Origin: Verrucomicrobiia bacterium
GTDB taxonomy: Bacteria > Verrucomicrobiota > Verrucomicrobiia > Limisphaerales > UBA1319
Assembly (NCBI GenBank): GCA_963664225.1
Contig: OY760937.1
Span: 960,001 to 1,024,000, forward strand
Length of the DNA stretch: 64,000 nt
Reading direction: 5' to 3'
Below, one piece after another: positions 38,858 to 48,827 of the stretch. Each line of letters opens with the position of its first letter. Within the stretch, counting starts at the first letter, position 1. The notes below the pieces were generated by a model that did not search any database, was not told the origin of the DNA, and worked only from the letters and a program-made list of their open reading frames with translations. The position numbers and the translations under genes are program-made.

Positions 38858-39148
38858 TTAATTGGCCGCCAGACAGTTGGTACAGCTCGTCAAGTCGATG
38901 GAGGAGAACTGGAACACTCCATTGGTGCATGCAATCGGAACGCCATTGGTGCAGGCGATTGCAAAGGCATTGGTGCATGAAGTCGGCGCTCCATTGGTGC
39001 AGGCCAGCGGAACGGAATTGGTGCACAGAATCGGCGCGGCATTAGTGCAGGCGGTCGGGATCGTGGTGGAATCAGTCTTATTGGCAGCCGCCAGAGAGGC
39101 CGCGCCAATGGCCAGCGCCAAACCGAACATCAGAAACAGATTTTTCAT
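38858..39148 (-). CDS. Small secreted Cys-rich repeat peptide (96 aa; six tandem 8-aa xxCTNxxx repeats plus a terminal CTNC)
   Basis: Signal peptide MKNLFLMFGLALAIGAASLAA; 24-bp periodicity with TGCAC(C/T/A)AA conserved; has its own terminator. Confidence 0.8.
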   Translation of the reverse strand: MKNLFLMFGLALAIGAASLAAANKTDSTTIPTACTNAAPILCTNSVPLACTNGAPTSCTNAFAIACTNGVPIACTNGVFQFSSIDLTSCTNCLAAN

Positions 39149-39520
39149 AAACGTATAAACACAGTTAATAACTCGCATACAGTCGCCTAATAGTGTCGAG
39201 GTGTCAAATTCCACCTGGCATGCATCCATTCTCATGGGCTTCTACAATCGACATGAGCGACACGAACGGTTTGCAGCCGCGATCCTTAGCGATAAGCACA
39301 AATATTTACCGCCAGGTTGAAAAAGCTTGAAGTCAGCGGGCCCAGTTTCGAGGAGGCCAGGATCAATTGCGAGGGCAATCTGGCCCCGAGCTGGCAGACG
39401 CTCTTTGACCCGATTACCCGCCTCTCAACCCATGCGCCAAGGATTGAGGTTGGGATTTTTTGAGGTCGATCCTCAAAATCGGTCAAAGACCATCCAAGTC
39501 ATGAAAGTCAGGTTTGTGGA

Positions 39521-40351
39521 TCAGACCACGCCGGGAATATCCGGCGGAGGAATGATGGCGGCGTAGCGCCGGAGGTATTTGACGGCGACGGTCAAATCCT
39601 TGGGCCAAGGCGAAGTTATGGTGATGACGGCGTCGGTGACCGGGTGTTTGACCACCAATTGTTCGGCATGCAGGGCCAGACGACCCATTAAAGGATTCTC
39701 GCTCTGATTGCCCTTGTAATGAAACTTGGGTTTGATTTTTGAAAGAAACAGGTGGCGGCCACCGTACTGGCTATCTGCGACGATGGGCAGATCGATGCTG
39801 CGCAGGTGGACGCGAATCTGATGGGTGCGCCCGGTTTTGGGCTGGCATTTCAAGAGTGTGTAATCGAGAAACCGCTCGAGAGTTTCAAAGTGGGTGAAAG
39901 ATTTTTTCCCGTTTTTCGTGTCAATCCGCATCAAGCCGGGTCTTATCGAGTGTGGGGAGAGCGGCAAGTCCACGTCGAAGACGGGTTCAAGCGGGACCCC
40001 TTCAATAAGCGCGAGGTAGGTTTTGAGCGGTTTATCGGAGCCAAATTGATTGGCCAGAGCGATGAGCGCAGGCTTGTTTTTGGCCAGGAGCATGACTCCG
40101 CTGGTTTCAAAATCGAGCCGGTGGGCATTGGCCAGGTAATCGATATGGCGTTCTTTGCACCAGGGGCTGCCTTTTTTGATGGCATCGTGGAGCAAACGCA
40201 TCAAATTTGGGCGCTCAGGATCGTAGCGGTCTGGTGAACTTAACAGGCGGCTCGGTTTGTCCAACGCAAGCAAACTCTCATCCTCATATAACACGGGAAT
40301 CTCCCAATATTCATGAGTCGCGGGCGAGGATAATTTAATGATGTTTGACAT
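39521..40351 (-). CDS. RluA-family pseudouridine synthase
   Basis: HRLDFETSG, TGRTHQIRVH and ALHA motifs. Confidence 0.93.
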   Translation of the reverse strand: MSNIIKLSSPATHEYWEIPVLYEDESLLALDKPSRLLSSPDRYDPERPNLMRLLHDAIKKGSPWCKERHIDYLANAHRLDFETSGVMLLAKNKPALIALANQFGSDKPLKTYLALIEGVPLEPVFDVDLPLSPHSIRPGLMRIDTKNGKKSFTHFETLERFLDYTLLKCQPKTGRTHQIRVHLRSIDLPIVADSQYGGRHLFLSKIKPKFHYKGNQSENPLMGRLALHAEQLVVKHPVTDAVITITSPWPKDLTVAVKYLRRYAAIIPPPDIPGVV

Positions 40352-40391
40352 GGTGGCCTAGCGGCCTTGTGCAATCTCCATAAACTAATAA

Positions 40392-40419
40392 GGGGCAACC
40401 TTGATGACAAGGCTGCCCC
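40392..40419 (-). terminator. Hairpin terminator downstream of the SurA-domain gene
   Basis: Minus strand GGGGCAGCCTTG-TCAT-CAAGGTTGCCCC followed by a T-rich tail. Confidence 0.65.
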
Positions 40420-40434
40420 CCGGTGACATTCAAA

Positions 40435-42108
40435 TTAGTTTGCCGCCTCTGTTGTCTTGCCGGTGGGAGGGGCGGTCAACCGGGCTTCCGTGATTTGTTG
40501 GTTCAGCCAAGAACCAAAGGCCTCATACATGCGGCTTTGACGCATGGATTTGACGAATTCGGGCAAATCAGTCTTTACAACGGCATCGCTGACAGGCTGT
40601 GTGCCGCGCATATGGAGGACAAATCCGCCATCCCGGCTGATCATAAAGCTGCCAATTTTTCCCGGCTGCAGTCTGGCCGCCTGTTCCTTGATGGAGGGAA
40701 GGTCCAGACGTTCGTCCAAAGTTGCAAGACTGCGTGTGCTGAGCGAAAAATTAGGGACTGTGACGGGCGTCACTTTAGCGTCCTTGCAGATGTCTGCGAA
40801 AGATTTGCCCTGGGCAATGCTGTTGGTTGCCGTCTCGTAAAACTTCTGCCCCTGCTGGCGGGCAATGGACAAGGCCTGGGAGCGGCGGTAATCCTCGGTG
40901 ACCTTGTCTTTGACCGAATCGAAAGAGGGAAACTCGGCGGCGAGCTTCTTGTGCAAGGCCATGATGAAAACGCCATCCTCACCGTTCATCGGGGGCGCAA
41001 AGGGTTCTTCAGGTGTCAGGCTAAACGCCGCGCGGGTAAAGTTCTCCATGACCAGGAGTCCCTTGGGGCCTTCATACTCGCTGAAAGGCTCGGTAACGAG
41101 GACTGGGTATTGGTTGGAAGCCATAAGAGCCAGATTGGCCTCCTTCTGCGGAGCCATTTTGAACAGTTCCACGGCAAAGGCGCCGGCCTTCTTGCGCGCG
41201 GATTGCAGCGCGAATTCGTGGCGCAACTGCTCCTTGATTTTTATCTTGGCCTCAGCCTCAGGGAGGGGTTTGCCATCGGGGCCTGTGAAGTAATTTTCTC
41301 CCTGCTGCAAATAAAGCCCGTTGATGAGTTGAGTCAGGTTGGTCTGTTTGGCCAATTGCTGATCGGCTTCGGCCAATTGGTTGGTCAGGTCGAACTTGAT
41401 GTAGCTTACCTGGACGCGTTCCGGGATCCGATAGGCGGCCAGGCGATTGGAATAAAACTGGGATAGCGCGGCGGGACTGATCGTGACCGACGAAAGATAA
41501 TTCGTTGCGGAAAACACAGCGGCCTCTGTTTGATACTCGTCGTGTTCGTGACGGAACAGGTTTTCAGCTTCCTGCGGGGCGACCAGACGCCCGTTTAAAC
41601 CATAAATGCTCACGAGTTGCTGAATGGCGACTTCGTGACCGGCAAATCGTTCAAAAGCGCGTTCGCTAATGCCCTTTTCAGCAAGGGTTTTCATGACGAA
41701 TTGATTGTAGGAATCGAGCCGGAAGACTTTTTCACGGCGATCACGGAAGGCGTTGGCAATCCATTCCGCAGCGGCCTCGTTGCTGATATGAATGTTATTC
41801 TGTTTAATCAGATCGATGAGAAGTGTGCGGTTGCGCGATTCCCGCTCCAGGTCGAAGCCTGAGCGGTTGGCATCTTCACGGCCGGGCCAGGTGCCATAGC
41901 TGAACAAGTAGCGCATTTCCGCCTCATGATAGGCCTGGGCGAACTCCTCCTGCGATATGGCGCGACCGTTGATCGTGCCGAAATTGGCCTTGCCGCCACC
42001 GCCGCGCGAGGCCGCGTCGGGCGTAAAAAAGACCACAAAACTGGGGATCACGATCGCAATGATACCCGCAAATACCCATTTCTGGTGACGCCTTAATGTT
42101 GCAAACAT
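40435..42108 (-). CDS. SurA N-terminal domain / PpiD-like membrane-anchored chaperone
   Basis: MFATLRRHQK, N-terminal TM IIAIVIPSFV, GTINGRAIS and YRIPERVQVSYI, all typical of PpiD-like proteins. Confidence 0.78.
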   Translation of the reverse strand: MFATLRRHQKWVFAGIIAIVIPSFVVFFTPDAASRGGGGKANFGTINGRAISQEEFAQAYHEAEMRYLFSYGTWPGREDANRSGFDLERESRNRTLLIDLIKQNNIHISNEAAAEWIANAFRDRREKVFRLDSYNQFVMKTLAEKGISERAFERFAGHEVAIQQLVSIYGLNGRLVAPQEAENLFRHEHDEYQTEAAVFSATNYLSSVTISPAALSQFYSNRLAAYRIPERVQVSYIKFDLTNQLAEADQQLAKQTNLTQLINGLYLQQGENYFTGPDGKPLPEAEAKIKIKEQLRHEFALQSARKKAGAFAVELFKMAPQKEANLALMASNQYPVLVTEPFSEYEGPKGLLVMENFTRAAFSLTPEEPFAPPMNGEDGVFIMALHKKLAAEFPSFDSVKDKVTEDYRRSQALSIARQQGQKFYETATNSIAQGKSFADICKDAKVTPVTVPNFSLSTRSLATLDERLDLPSIKEQAARLQPGKIGSFMISRDGGFVLHMRGTQPVSDAVVKTDLPEFVKSMRQSRMYEAFGSWLNQQITEARLTAPPTGKTTEAAN

Positions 42109-42221
42109 ATTGTTTGATGCAAAATATTGAGGTCGTAACTTAACCGAAAACAAAACCCCTGGTCAAACCCAAAACGATAATGATTAAAGGCCGGGGTATT
42201 TTCCACAGCCTTTGCAGGCTC

Positions 42222-42857
42222 TCAAGAGGCCGATAGCTGGGTGTCGGATGGAATCGGTTTGTGGTTTGCGTGGTCCATTCCGATGAATTGAAGGGTTTGC
42301 ACAAATTCATCGACCGCCTTGTCGAATTCACCGGTGTTGTTTTGAATGATTCGCAAAAGACAGCCGCTGCGGGCGGAAAAAGCGGCGGCATAGGCCCTGT
42401 TGATGACCTTGTGCTCCGCAATATCGTCATTGGACTCCACGGTGCGCATCGGACGGCTCTTATCGAGCTTGCGACGTCCGCGTATCTCCGCCTCGTGGGC
42501 ATCGACGAGAATGATGGCCTTGGGTGAAAGTCGTTCCAACATGCGCGAGGTCAATCCGGGTAGATAACTGCCTGAACCGGTCTTGATGGCGCAATGGGTG
42601 TCCAACAGAATATTATCCGGCCTCTCGGCGATCCGTTTTGTGGCGCGCCACTGGATTTCCTCCTGCAAGTCCGCGCTAAGATCGCGCATTTCGTCGCGGT
42701 TTTTTACGAGGCTGGCTTCCTGGCAGAGGGTGAGCATTTCGGTTCCAAATGAAACGATGGTGTATTTGAGGTCCTTTTCCACCCTTTTCCAGGCTTCCAC
42801 CAGTATGGTCGATTTGCCCGCCCCTGGCACTCCGGCGACTATGATCAGCTTGCCCAT
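42222..42857 (-). CDS. adkA: Archaeal-type adenylate kinase
   Basis: VAGVPGAGKST, FGTEM, NRDEMRDL, LLDTHCAIKT and YLPGL: the archaeal AdkA pattern. Confidence 0.85.
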   Translation of the reverse strand: MGKLIIVAGVPGAGKSTILVEAWKRVEKDLKYTIVSFGTEMLTLCQEASLVKNRDEMRDLSADLQEEIQWRATKRIAERPDNILLDTHCAIKTGSGSYLPGLTSRMLERLSPKAIILVDAHEAEIRGRRKLDKSRPMRTVESNDDIAEHKVINRAYAAAFSARSGCLLRIIQNNTGEFDKAVDEFVQTLQFIGMDHANHKPIPSDTQLSAS

Positions 42858-43254
42858 GATGAATGAGGGCACCATCGGCTGAATAAGGAGCCAAGTCAAA
42901 CGTCAAAACTGCGGGATGCTCCACAAAATGGACTTGCGGTTTCAAGATTGGGATGCAACGCGCATGGGAGTATTTTACGGGCCTGGCGGAAAATATGAAT
43001 GGCTATCACTGGTTGACGTTGACAGGGGGGGTGGGTGCATCGAATAGTGTGCTGGATGGTTGCAAATTATGGCGAGGCGGCGGTTTGCGGGTGGAACGCG
43101 GGCGATATATTCATGCCGCGCGAATGCGGCCTCCCTTTATTCGCGATTTTTCGCGTGTCCTATTGGGTGGAATCAGGTTTTTTTTCAGGAAGTCGGCATG
43201 CCAGTGGATGTTCTTTGGCGGAGACGAGAAGTTCGGTCTGGATGGGGAGGCCAA

Positions 43255-44094
43255 ATGATATTTAAGGCCCGATCGTTTGAATTTGAGTTTCCGCGTCCGG
43301 CGTTGGTGATGGGTATTATCAATGTTACTCCGGACTCCTTTTCTGACGGAGGCCAATACTTCGATACCGAGGCGGCCGTCAACCACGCCCTGGAATTGTG
43401 GAAGGCCGGAGCGGATATTCTGGACATTGGCGGCGAGTCCACACGGCCATTTTCTCCGCCTGTGGAGGAAGCCGAGGAATTGCGGCGGGTTCTGCCGGTG
43501 ATTGAGCGGTTGGCGGGCCGTGTGCCAGTGCCCCTGTCGATCGACACTCAGAAGCCTGGCGTGGCGCGTGCGGCCGTGGCGGCAGGCGCCAGCATTGTGA
43601 ACGACGTCGGGGCGTGGCGAGTGGATGCTTCCATGGCGGCTTTGGTGGCTGAAACGGGAGCGGGTTATGTGATGATGCACAGCCAGGGAACGCCGCAGAC
43701 CATGCAGATCGCCCCTTCCTACACGGATGTGGTCGCTGAAGTGGAGCTATTTTTCGAGAATCGGCTGCTGGAGTTGGGAAAATCGGGAGTGCGCGCGGAA
43801 CAAGTGATTTTGGATCCGGGCATCGGATTTGGGAAGTCGATGGAGCATAATTTGGAGTTGCTGGCGGCGATGGGCCGTTTTAAAAAGTTTGGGCGGCCAT
43901 TGCTGGTTGGTGTTTCGCGTAAATCTTTCATCGGCAAATTGCTGGGTGTGGAAGTCAATGGGCGGCTTCCGGGCGCGCTTGCCTGCGCGTGTTGGGGGGC
44001 GATGGAAGGCATTCAGATTGTGCGGGCTCATGATGTGGCTGAAACGGTGCAGGTGTTGCGAATGACAGAGGCTTTGATGACCCGGAAGTGTTAA
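43255..44094 (+). CDS. folP: Dihydropteroate synthase
   Basis: MGIINVTPDSFSDGG, DIGGESTRP, DPGIGFGK, SRKS and RAHDV. Confidence 0.96.
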   Translation: MIFKARSFEFEFPRPALVMGIINVTPDSFSDGGQYFDTEAAVNHALELWKAGADILDIGGESTRPFSPPVEEAEELRRVLPVIERLAGRVPVPLSIDTQKPGVARAAVAAGASIVNDVGAWRVDASMAALVAETGAGYVMMHSQGTPQTMQIAPSYTDVVAEVELFFENRLLELGKSGVRAEQVILDPGIGFGKSMEHNLELLAAMGRFKKFGRPLLVGVSRKSFIGKLLGVEVNGRLPGALACACWGAMEGIQIVRAHDVAETVQVLRMTEALMTRKC

Positions 44095-44939
44095 TGAATT
44101 GGTCCTTGATCATGCAGATCTGGCGACCCCTTTTGGAGATTGGGATTCTCACATTGGGGTATTACTACATTTTTGTATTGCTCCGGGGCACGCGCGGCGC
44201 GGCGGTGGTGACGGGTTTCTTGATTTTGCTTTTAACTCTGACCTTGGTGGCGACTGTTCTGGAGTTGGAGGTGTTGAGCTGGCTGCTGCGGGCTTTTTCG
44301 GCTTTTCTGGCCCTGGCGATCCTGGTCCTGTTTCAACCTGAATTGCGGCATTTGCTGGCCAAGGTGGGGCATCAGCCCTTTCTGAGCAACGCACAGCAGC
44401 AGCGCGAGAACATCGAGGTGGTGATTCAGGCCGCGGCGCGCATGTCGGAAATGCGTATTGGGTCGCTCATTGCGCTGGAGCAATCGCTGCATCTGCAGGA
44501 AACGGTTGAATCGGGCATTGTGGTGGATTGCGAGGCAACGCCGGAGATGCTGGAGTGCATTTTTTTTCCAAATAACGCAATTCATGACGGCGGGGTGATC
44601 ATTCGCGGGAACCGGATCTTGTGCGCGGCGTGTATTTTTCCGCTCACACAGCGGCAGGATTTGCAGAAGTCGATGGGCACGCGGCACCGGGCGGCAATCG
44701 GCATGACCGAGGAGACGGATGCCGTGGTGGTCGTCATCTCGGAAGAAACAGGCTCGATTTCCTGCGCGCATCAAGGGCATCTGGCGCGCGGTTTGACGGA
44801 GGAAGAGCTGCGGTCGTTTTTAACGACGGTGTGTGTGAAACGAGTGCGGTCCAAGTCTTTTTTGGAATGGCTACGGGCCTGGCGGCATGAACAACTTAAA
44901 AAAGCGGAGGCCCGCACGGCTCCGCCCAGCTCCCAATGA
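44094..44939 (+). CDS. cdaA: Diadenylate cyclase (membrane-bound)
   Basis: Three N-terminal TMs, FQPELR, HDGG, GTRHRAA and SEETG. Confidence 0.94.
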   Translation: MNWSLIMQIWRPLLEIGILTLGYYYIFVLLRGTRGAAVVTGFLILLLTLTLVATVLELEVLSWLLRAFSAFLALAILVLFQPELRHLLAKVGHQPFLSNAQQQRENIEVVIQAAARMSEMRIGSLIALEQSLHLQETVESGIVVDCEATPEMLECIFFPNNAIHDGGVIIRGNRILCAACIFPLTQRQDLQKSMGTRHRAAIGMTEETDAVVVVISEETGSISCAHQGHLARGLTEEELRSFLTTVCVKRVRSKSFLEWLRAWRHEQLKKAEARTAPPSSQ

Positions 44940-45376
44940 CCATGTCTGTGCGCCAATTCATCGAACACAACTTCTGGCTGAAGGTTTTTGCACTGATTCT
45001 GGCCTTGCTGACCTGGATTACGGTGCGGTTTGCGATTTCCCGACAAATCGCCTTCGGCTCGGCTCCGATTACGTCGGTGACCCGTGCGTTCCCAAAATCA
45101 CCGGTGCGTCTGCTTACGGGGGCGAATATGGCGGGGCGATTCCATGTGGTTCCCAACGAAGTCACGGTGACCTTAAGCGGGGATGCGACCATTCTTGAAA
45201 AACTTTCTGGAAAGGAAATCACTCCTTTTGTAAACATATCGAAGGGAATCGCGGAGTCTGGTCGTTTGGGCAAGGTGGAAATATTTGCCCCTGCCGGAAT
45301 GTCGATTGTGAAGATCGAACCATCGGAGGTGGCGGTGGAGCGCGCAGAAGCGGAGCCGGACGCTCCAAAATATTAG
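44936..45376 (+). CDS. CdaR/YbbR-like regulator (single domain)
   Basis: N-terminal NFWLKVFALILALLTW anchor and PNEVTVTLSG; lies between cdaA and glmM. Confidence 0.75.
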   Translation: MTMSVRQFIEHNFWLKVFALILALLTWITVRFAISRQIAFGSAPITSVTRAFPKSPVRLLTGANMAGRFHVVPNEVTVTLSGDATILEKLSGKEITPFVNISKGIAESGRLGKVEIFAPAGMSIVKIEPSEVAVERAEAEPDAPKY

Positions 45377-45386
45377 GAAAAAACTT

Positions 45387-46778
45387 ATGGCTGTGGAAAA
45401 AAAGATATTTGGAACGGACGGGGTCAGGGGTACGGTTAATATTGAACCGGTAACGGCGGAGACGGCACTGAAGCTGGGACGGGCCGCCGCCCATGTGTTC
45501 AAGAACCTGGAGTCCAAGCCGCGGGGCGTTGGGCGCCATAAAATCGTGTTGGGCAAGGACACACGGCTTTCGGGGTATTTGCTTGAGAATGCGATTTCCT
45601 CGGGAATTCTGTCGATGGGCGCGGATGTATTGTTCATTGGGCCGCTGCCCACGCCGGGAGTGGCTTACGTGACGCGCAGCCTGCGCGCCGACGCCGGCAT
45701 TGTCATCACTGCCTCCCACAATCCTTATTCCGACAACGGGATCAAGTTTTTTGGGCCGGACGGGTACAAACTCGACGACGAGATTGAGGGACGGATTGAA
45801 CGGCTCGTTTTTAACGGTGAGATCGAGAGCATTCGTCCGACAGCCGAGGAAATTGGCAAAGCCGTGCGCATCGATGACGCCCTCGGACGCTACATCGAAT
45901 ATGCAAAGTCTTCCTTTCCGCGAGGCATGACCCTGGACGGTTTGCGCATCGTGGTGGATTGCGCGCATGGTGCTGCGTATAAATCGACTCCCTGCGTCTT
46001 GCGGGAACTGGGCGCCGAGGTCTTCGTTTTTGGCAATGCCCCCGACGGGACGAATATCAACAAGGACTGCGGATGCATGCACCCGGAGAGCATGTGCCAG
46101 AAGGTGTGGGAGCATCGGGCGCATATCGGCATTGCCCATGACGGCGACGCCGACCGGGTTCTGCTATGCGACGAGACCGGTCGTTTGATCGACGGGGACG
46201 ATGTCATGGCCATAGCCGCACTGGACATGCTGGAGCAGGGGACTCTGGTGAAAAAGACGCTGGTCAGCACGGTGATGAGTAACGCCGGTCTGGATGCGGC
46301 TTTGACCCAGGCGGGCGGGCGGATGCTTCGCACGCCGGTGGGAGACAAGAATGTCATCGATGAAATGCAGCGCGGGGACTACAACCTCGGCGGCGAACAG
46401 AGCGGGCATTTGATTTTCAGGGATTATACGACGACTGGGGACGGCCTGGTGAGCGCGCTGCAGATTTTGCGGACCATGAAGGCGAAAAATGCGTCCCTTT
46501 CGCAATTGGCCAAATGCTGGACCCGTTTTCCCCAATTAGTGACCAACGTGCGTGTCCGCGAGAAGCGGCCTTTCGAGGAAATGGAAGGTTTGCTTGAGAT
46601 GGTGGCGCAGGCCGAGGCGGCCGTCAAACCTCAGGGCGGACGGGTGTTTCTGCGGTATTCGGGCACGGAACCCAAGGCGCGGTTGCTCATGGAAGGCCGG
46701 GAAATGGCCGTTCTCAAGCATTGGAGCAAAACGATCTGTGACCGAATTCAAAAAGAAGCGGGCGCGCAGGTGTCCTGA
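45387..46778 (+). CDS. glmM: Phosphoglucosamine mutase
   Basis: FGTDGVRG, TASHNP, DGDADR, GGEQSGH and RYSGTEP. Confidence 0.96.
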   Translation: MAVEKKIFGTDGVRGTVNIEPVTAETALKLGRAAAHVFKNLESKPRGVGRHKIVLGKDTRLSGYLLENAISSGILSMGADVLFIGPLPTPGVAYVTRSLRADAGIVITASHNPYSDNGIKFFGPDGYKLDDEIEGRIERLVFNGEIESIRPTAEEIGKAVRIDDALGRYIEYAKSSFPRGMTLDGLRIVVDCAHGAAYKSTPCVLRELGAEVFVFGNAPDGTNINKDCGCMHPESMCQKVWEHRAHIGIAHDGDADRVLLCDETGRLIDGDDVMAIAALDMLEQGTLVKKTLVSTVMSNAGLDAALTQAGGRMLRTPVGDKNVIDEMQRGDYNLGGEQSGHLIFRDYTTTGDGLVSALQILRTMKAKNASLSQLAKCWTRFPQLVTNVRVREKRPFEEMEGLLEMVAQAEAAVKPQGGRVFLRYSGTEPKARLLMEGREMAVLKHWSKTICDRIQKEAGAQVS

Positions 46779-46827
46779 GTGGGTTGAGCCGGACCACAGG
46801 CGGTGTGCCGTGTGATTTGGCGGAAGA

Positions 46828-47202
46828 TCACTGCATGATTTCAATTTCGTAGCCTTCGGGAGCGTCCACGAAGGCGAATCCGCCGCCTTGCTGATTATAG
46901 TGGGGGCCATCCGAATACTGGAGACCGAGCCTGGCCAGGTGCGCGGCGAATTCTTCAAGGCTGTCCACCTGAAACGCAAGGTGCGTCAAATCGGGTTGGA
47001 CCTTTACTGGTCCGCTGGTGGGATAATGGCAAAGCTCGATTAATTCCTCACTTTCGGGCGCTTTGAGGAAGACCAGTTCCGAGCCGCGCGGGGATTTGTG
47101 TCGGCGTACCTCTTCGAGTCCCAACACGTCCTTGTAAAAGCGCACGGACCGCTCCAAATCGTCGAGCCTGTAACGGGTGTGTAATAATTTACGAACCAAC
47201 AT
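46828..47202 (-). CDS. VOC family protein (lactoylglutathione lyase-like)
   Basis: LHTRYR, FYKDVLGL, HLAF and APEGYEIE. Confidence 0.88.
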   Translation of the reverse strand: MLVRKLLHTRYRLDDLERSVRFYKDVLGLEEVRRHKSPRGSELVFLKAPESEELIELCHYPTSGPVKVQPDLTHLAFQVDSLEEFAAHLARLGLQYSDGPHYNQQGGGFAFVDAPEGYEIEIMQ

Positions 47203-47514
47203 GACACGTCTAATCTGACAGAAATTCGATCGAGTTCAACTGGAGGCGTCGTTTTCATCCTGGCCTTCGCGATTTCGCCAAGGCCGGAATTCATGAAGTC
47301 GGATGAATTCCGACCCGATTGCCTATGGCATAGCGCTACGACGCAATTAAATAACCGTCATGTAAATGGTGGGTCGCTGGTTTTAATTATTCAAAACTTC
47401 TTGATGTTATCGAGGAATGGGCAAAAACTTAAATCAGATGTTTATTGTCACGGATTGGACATTCTAAATTTGAAGCGGCACATTGTGGTGTTGATGAACA
47501 TTGGAGGAAGAAAT

Positions 47515-48756
47515 ATGAGCTGCCGGATGATTTTCGGCGGGCAAAGGATTTGCCTCGCGTTGATGCTGGTTTGTTTCTGTTGCCAAACGTCCAGGGCGCA
47601 ACTGGATCCTGAAAAGCGGCGACTATTGCAATTCGGTTATAACCAGCCGTTGGAAGGCAGAGGACCGACGGCGGGCTATGCTTTTTTCTATTTGAACGAG
47701 CCCGATTTCGGTCGGACGAATCTGGTTTTGCGGTTGGTGCTTGCGCCGGTGTATCTGGACTCGGAGTTGGGGATCCGCCAGGTGCTGGGTCCGAATACGG
47801 ACGTTGGGATTGGTGTCAGTGGAGGTGGATTTGCCGACAGCTACTCCGAGGTCAGGAAGGGCTTTCTGGAGCGTGGAGAATCGTTCACCGGGCATGGTGC
47901 GGAAGTCAACTCGAGCATCTATCATCGCTTTAATCCCGAGGCGCTCGTTCCATTGACCGGCATATTCAGGCTGGGATTGAGGCAAACTTACTATTCGCGC
48001 GATGACAAGACGGGCAACGGATTTGTCCTGCCGGATGACCAGAACCGGGGATTTGTTCGGGCCGGGTTACGCTGGGGTGGGAAGGAGCCTTTGATTTTAC
48101 CGGAGTTGGCCATGGAACTTTCCGTGTGGTACGAGGGGCAGTTTCGTTCTTCACCTGGTTCTTACGGATATGCGAATGACCGGGAATTGAACCAGGATTC
48201 ACATTTGTTTTGGGCGCGGGCCTTGTTTGCTTACACGCTGCCGGAGTCCCGACACAATTTCAGCGTGAGCGTTACCAGCGGCGCCAGCTTGCACGCAGAT
48301 CGGTTGAGTGCCTATCGCATTGGAGGGGTGCTGCCCATGGGGGCGGAATTTCCACTGAGTCTGCCCGGTTATTATTATCAGGAACTGACCGCCGAGCGTT
48401 TTCTGCTCCTGGATGCTCAATACACACTGCCTCTGGACAAGGCCAAATGCTGGAATATCACCAGTTTTGCTGGAACAGGGCTGGTGGACTATCTTTCGGG
48501 ACTGGAGCAACCGGGGCACTGGCATTCGGGATTGGGCGGGGGGATCACTTATGAATCGCCACAACGGTCCTGGATGGTGATCCTGGGCTATGGGTACGGA
48601 TTTGACGCAATCCGCGGCAATGAGCGTGGCGCGCAGTCTGTGGGATTGTTTTGTCAATTCGATTTGGAGGCGCTTTACGGCCATCCGGCAGGGGCAGGCC
48701 AACCCCGGCTGAATCCCACCAGGTTCCGTGGTTTCGACTGGTTGCTGGGACGCTGA
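47515..48756 (+). CDS. Putative outer-membrane beta-barrel protein
   Basis: GGAGG RBS before ATG 47515; signal peptide; alternating Gly/aromatic beta-strands; LPGYYYQEL loop. Confidence 0.65.
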   Translation: MSCRMIFGGQRICLALMLVCFCCQTSRAQLDPEKRRLLQFGYNQPLEGRGPTAGYAFFYLNEPDFGRTNLVLRLVLAPVYLDSELGIRQVLGPNTDVGIGVSGGGFADSYSEVRKGFLERGESFTGHGAEVNSSIYHRFNPEALVPLTGIFRLGLRQTYYSRDDKTGNGFVLPDDQNRGFVRAGLRWGGKEPLILPELAMELSVWYEGQFRSSPGSYGYANDRELNQDSHLFWARALFAYTLPESRHNFSVSVTSGASLHADRLSAYRIGGVLPMGAEFPLSLPGYYYQELTAERFLLLDAQYTLPLDKAKCWNITSFAGTGLVDYLSGLEQPGHWHSGLGGGITYESPQRSWMVILGYGYGFDAIRGNERGAQSVGLFCQFDLEALYGHPAGAGQPRLNPTRFRGFDWLLGR

Positions 48757-48827
48757 GAAACAGACCCCCGGCGAAAGATACGTTGCAAGGAACGCCGACC
48801 TGGGGTTAAAGATACTCTCTGCGTTTT

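Noticed and set aside
38915..39060. 24-bp periodic repeats as a CRISPR or guide array
   Set aside because: The period is a multiple of 3, conservation follows the CTN codons, there are no unique spacers, and no cas genes are nearby.
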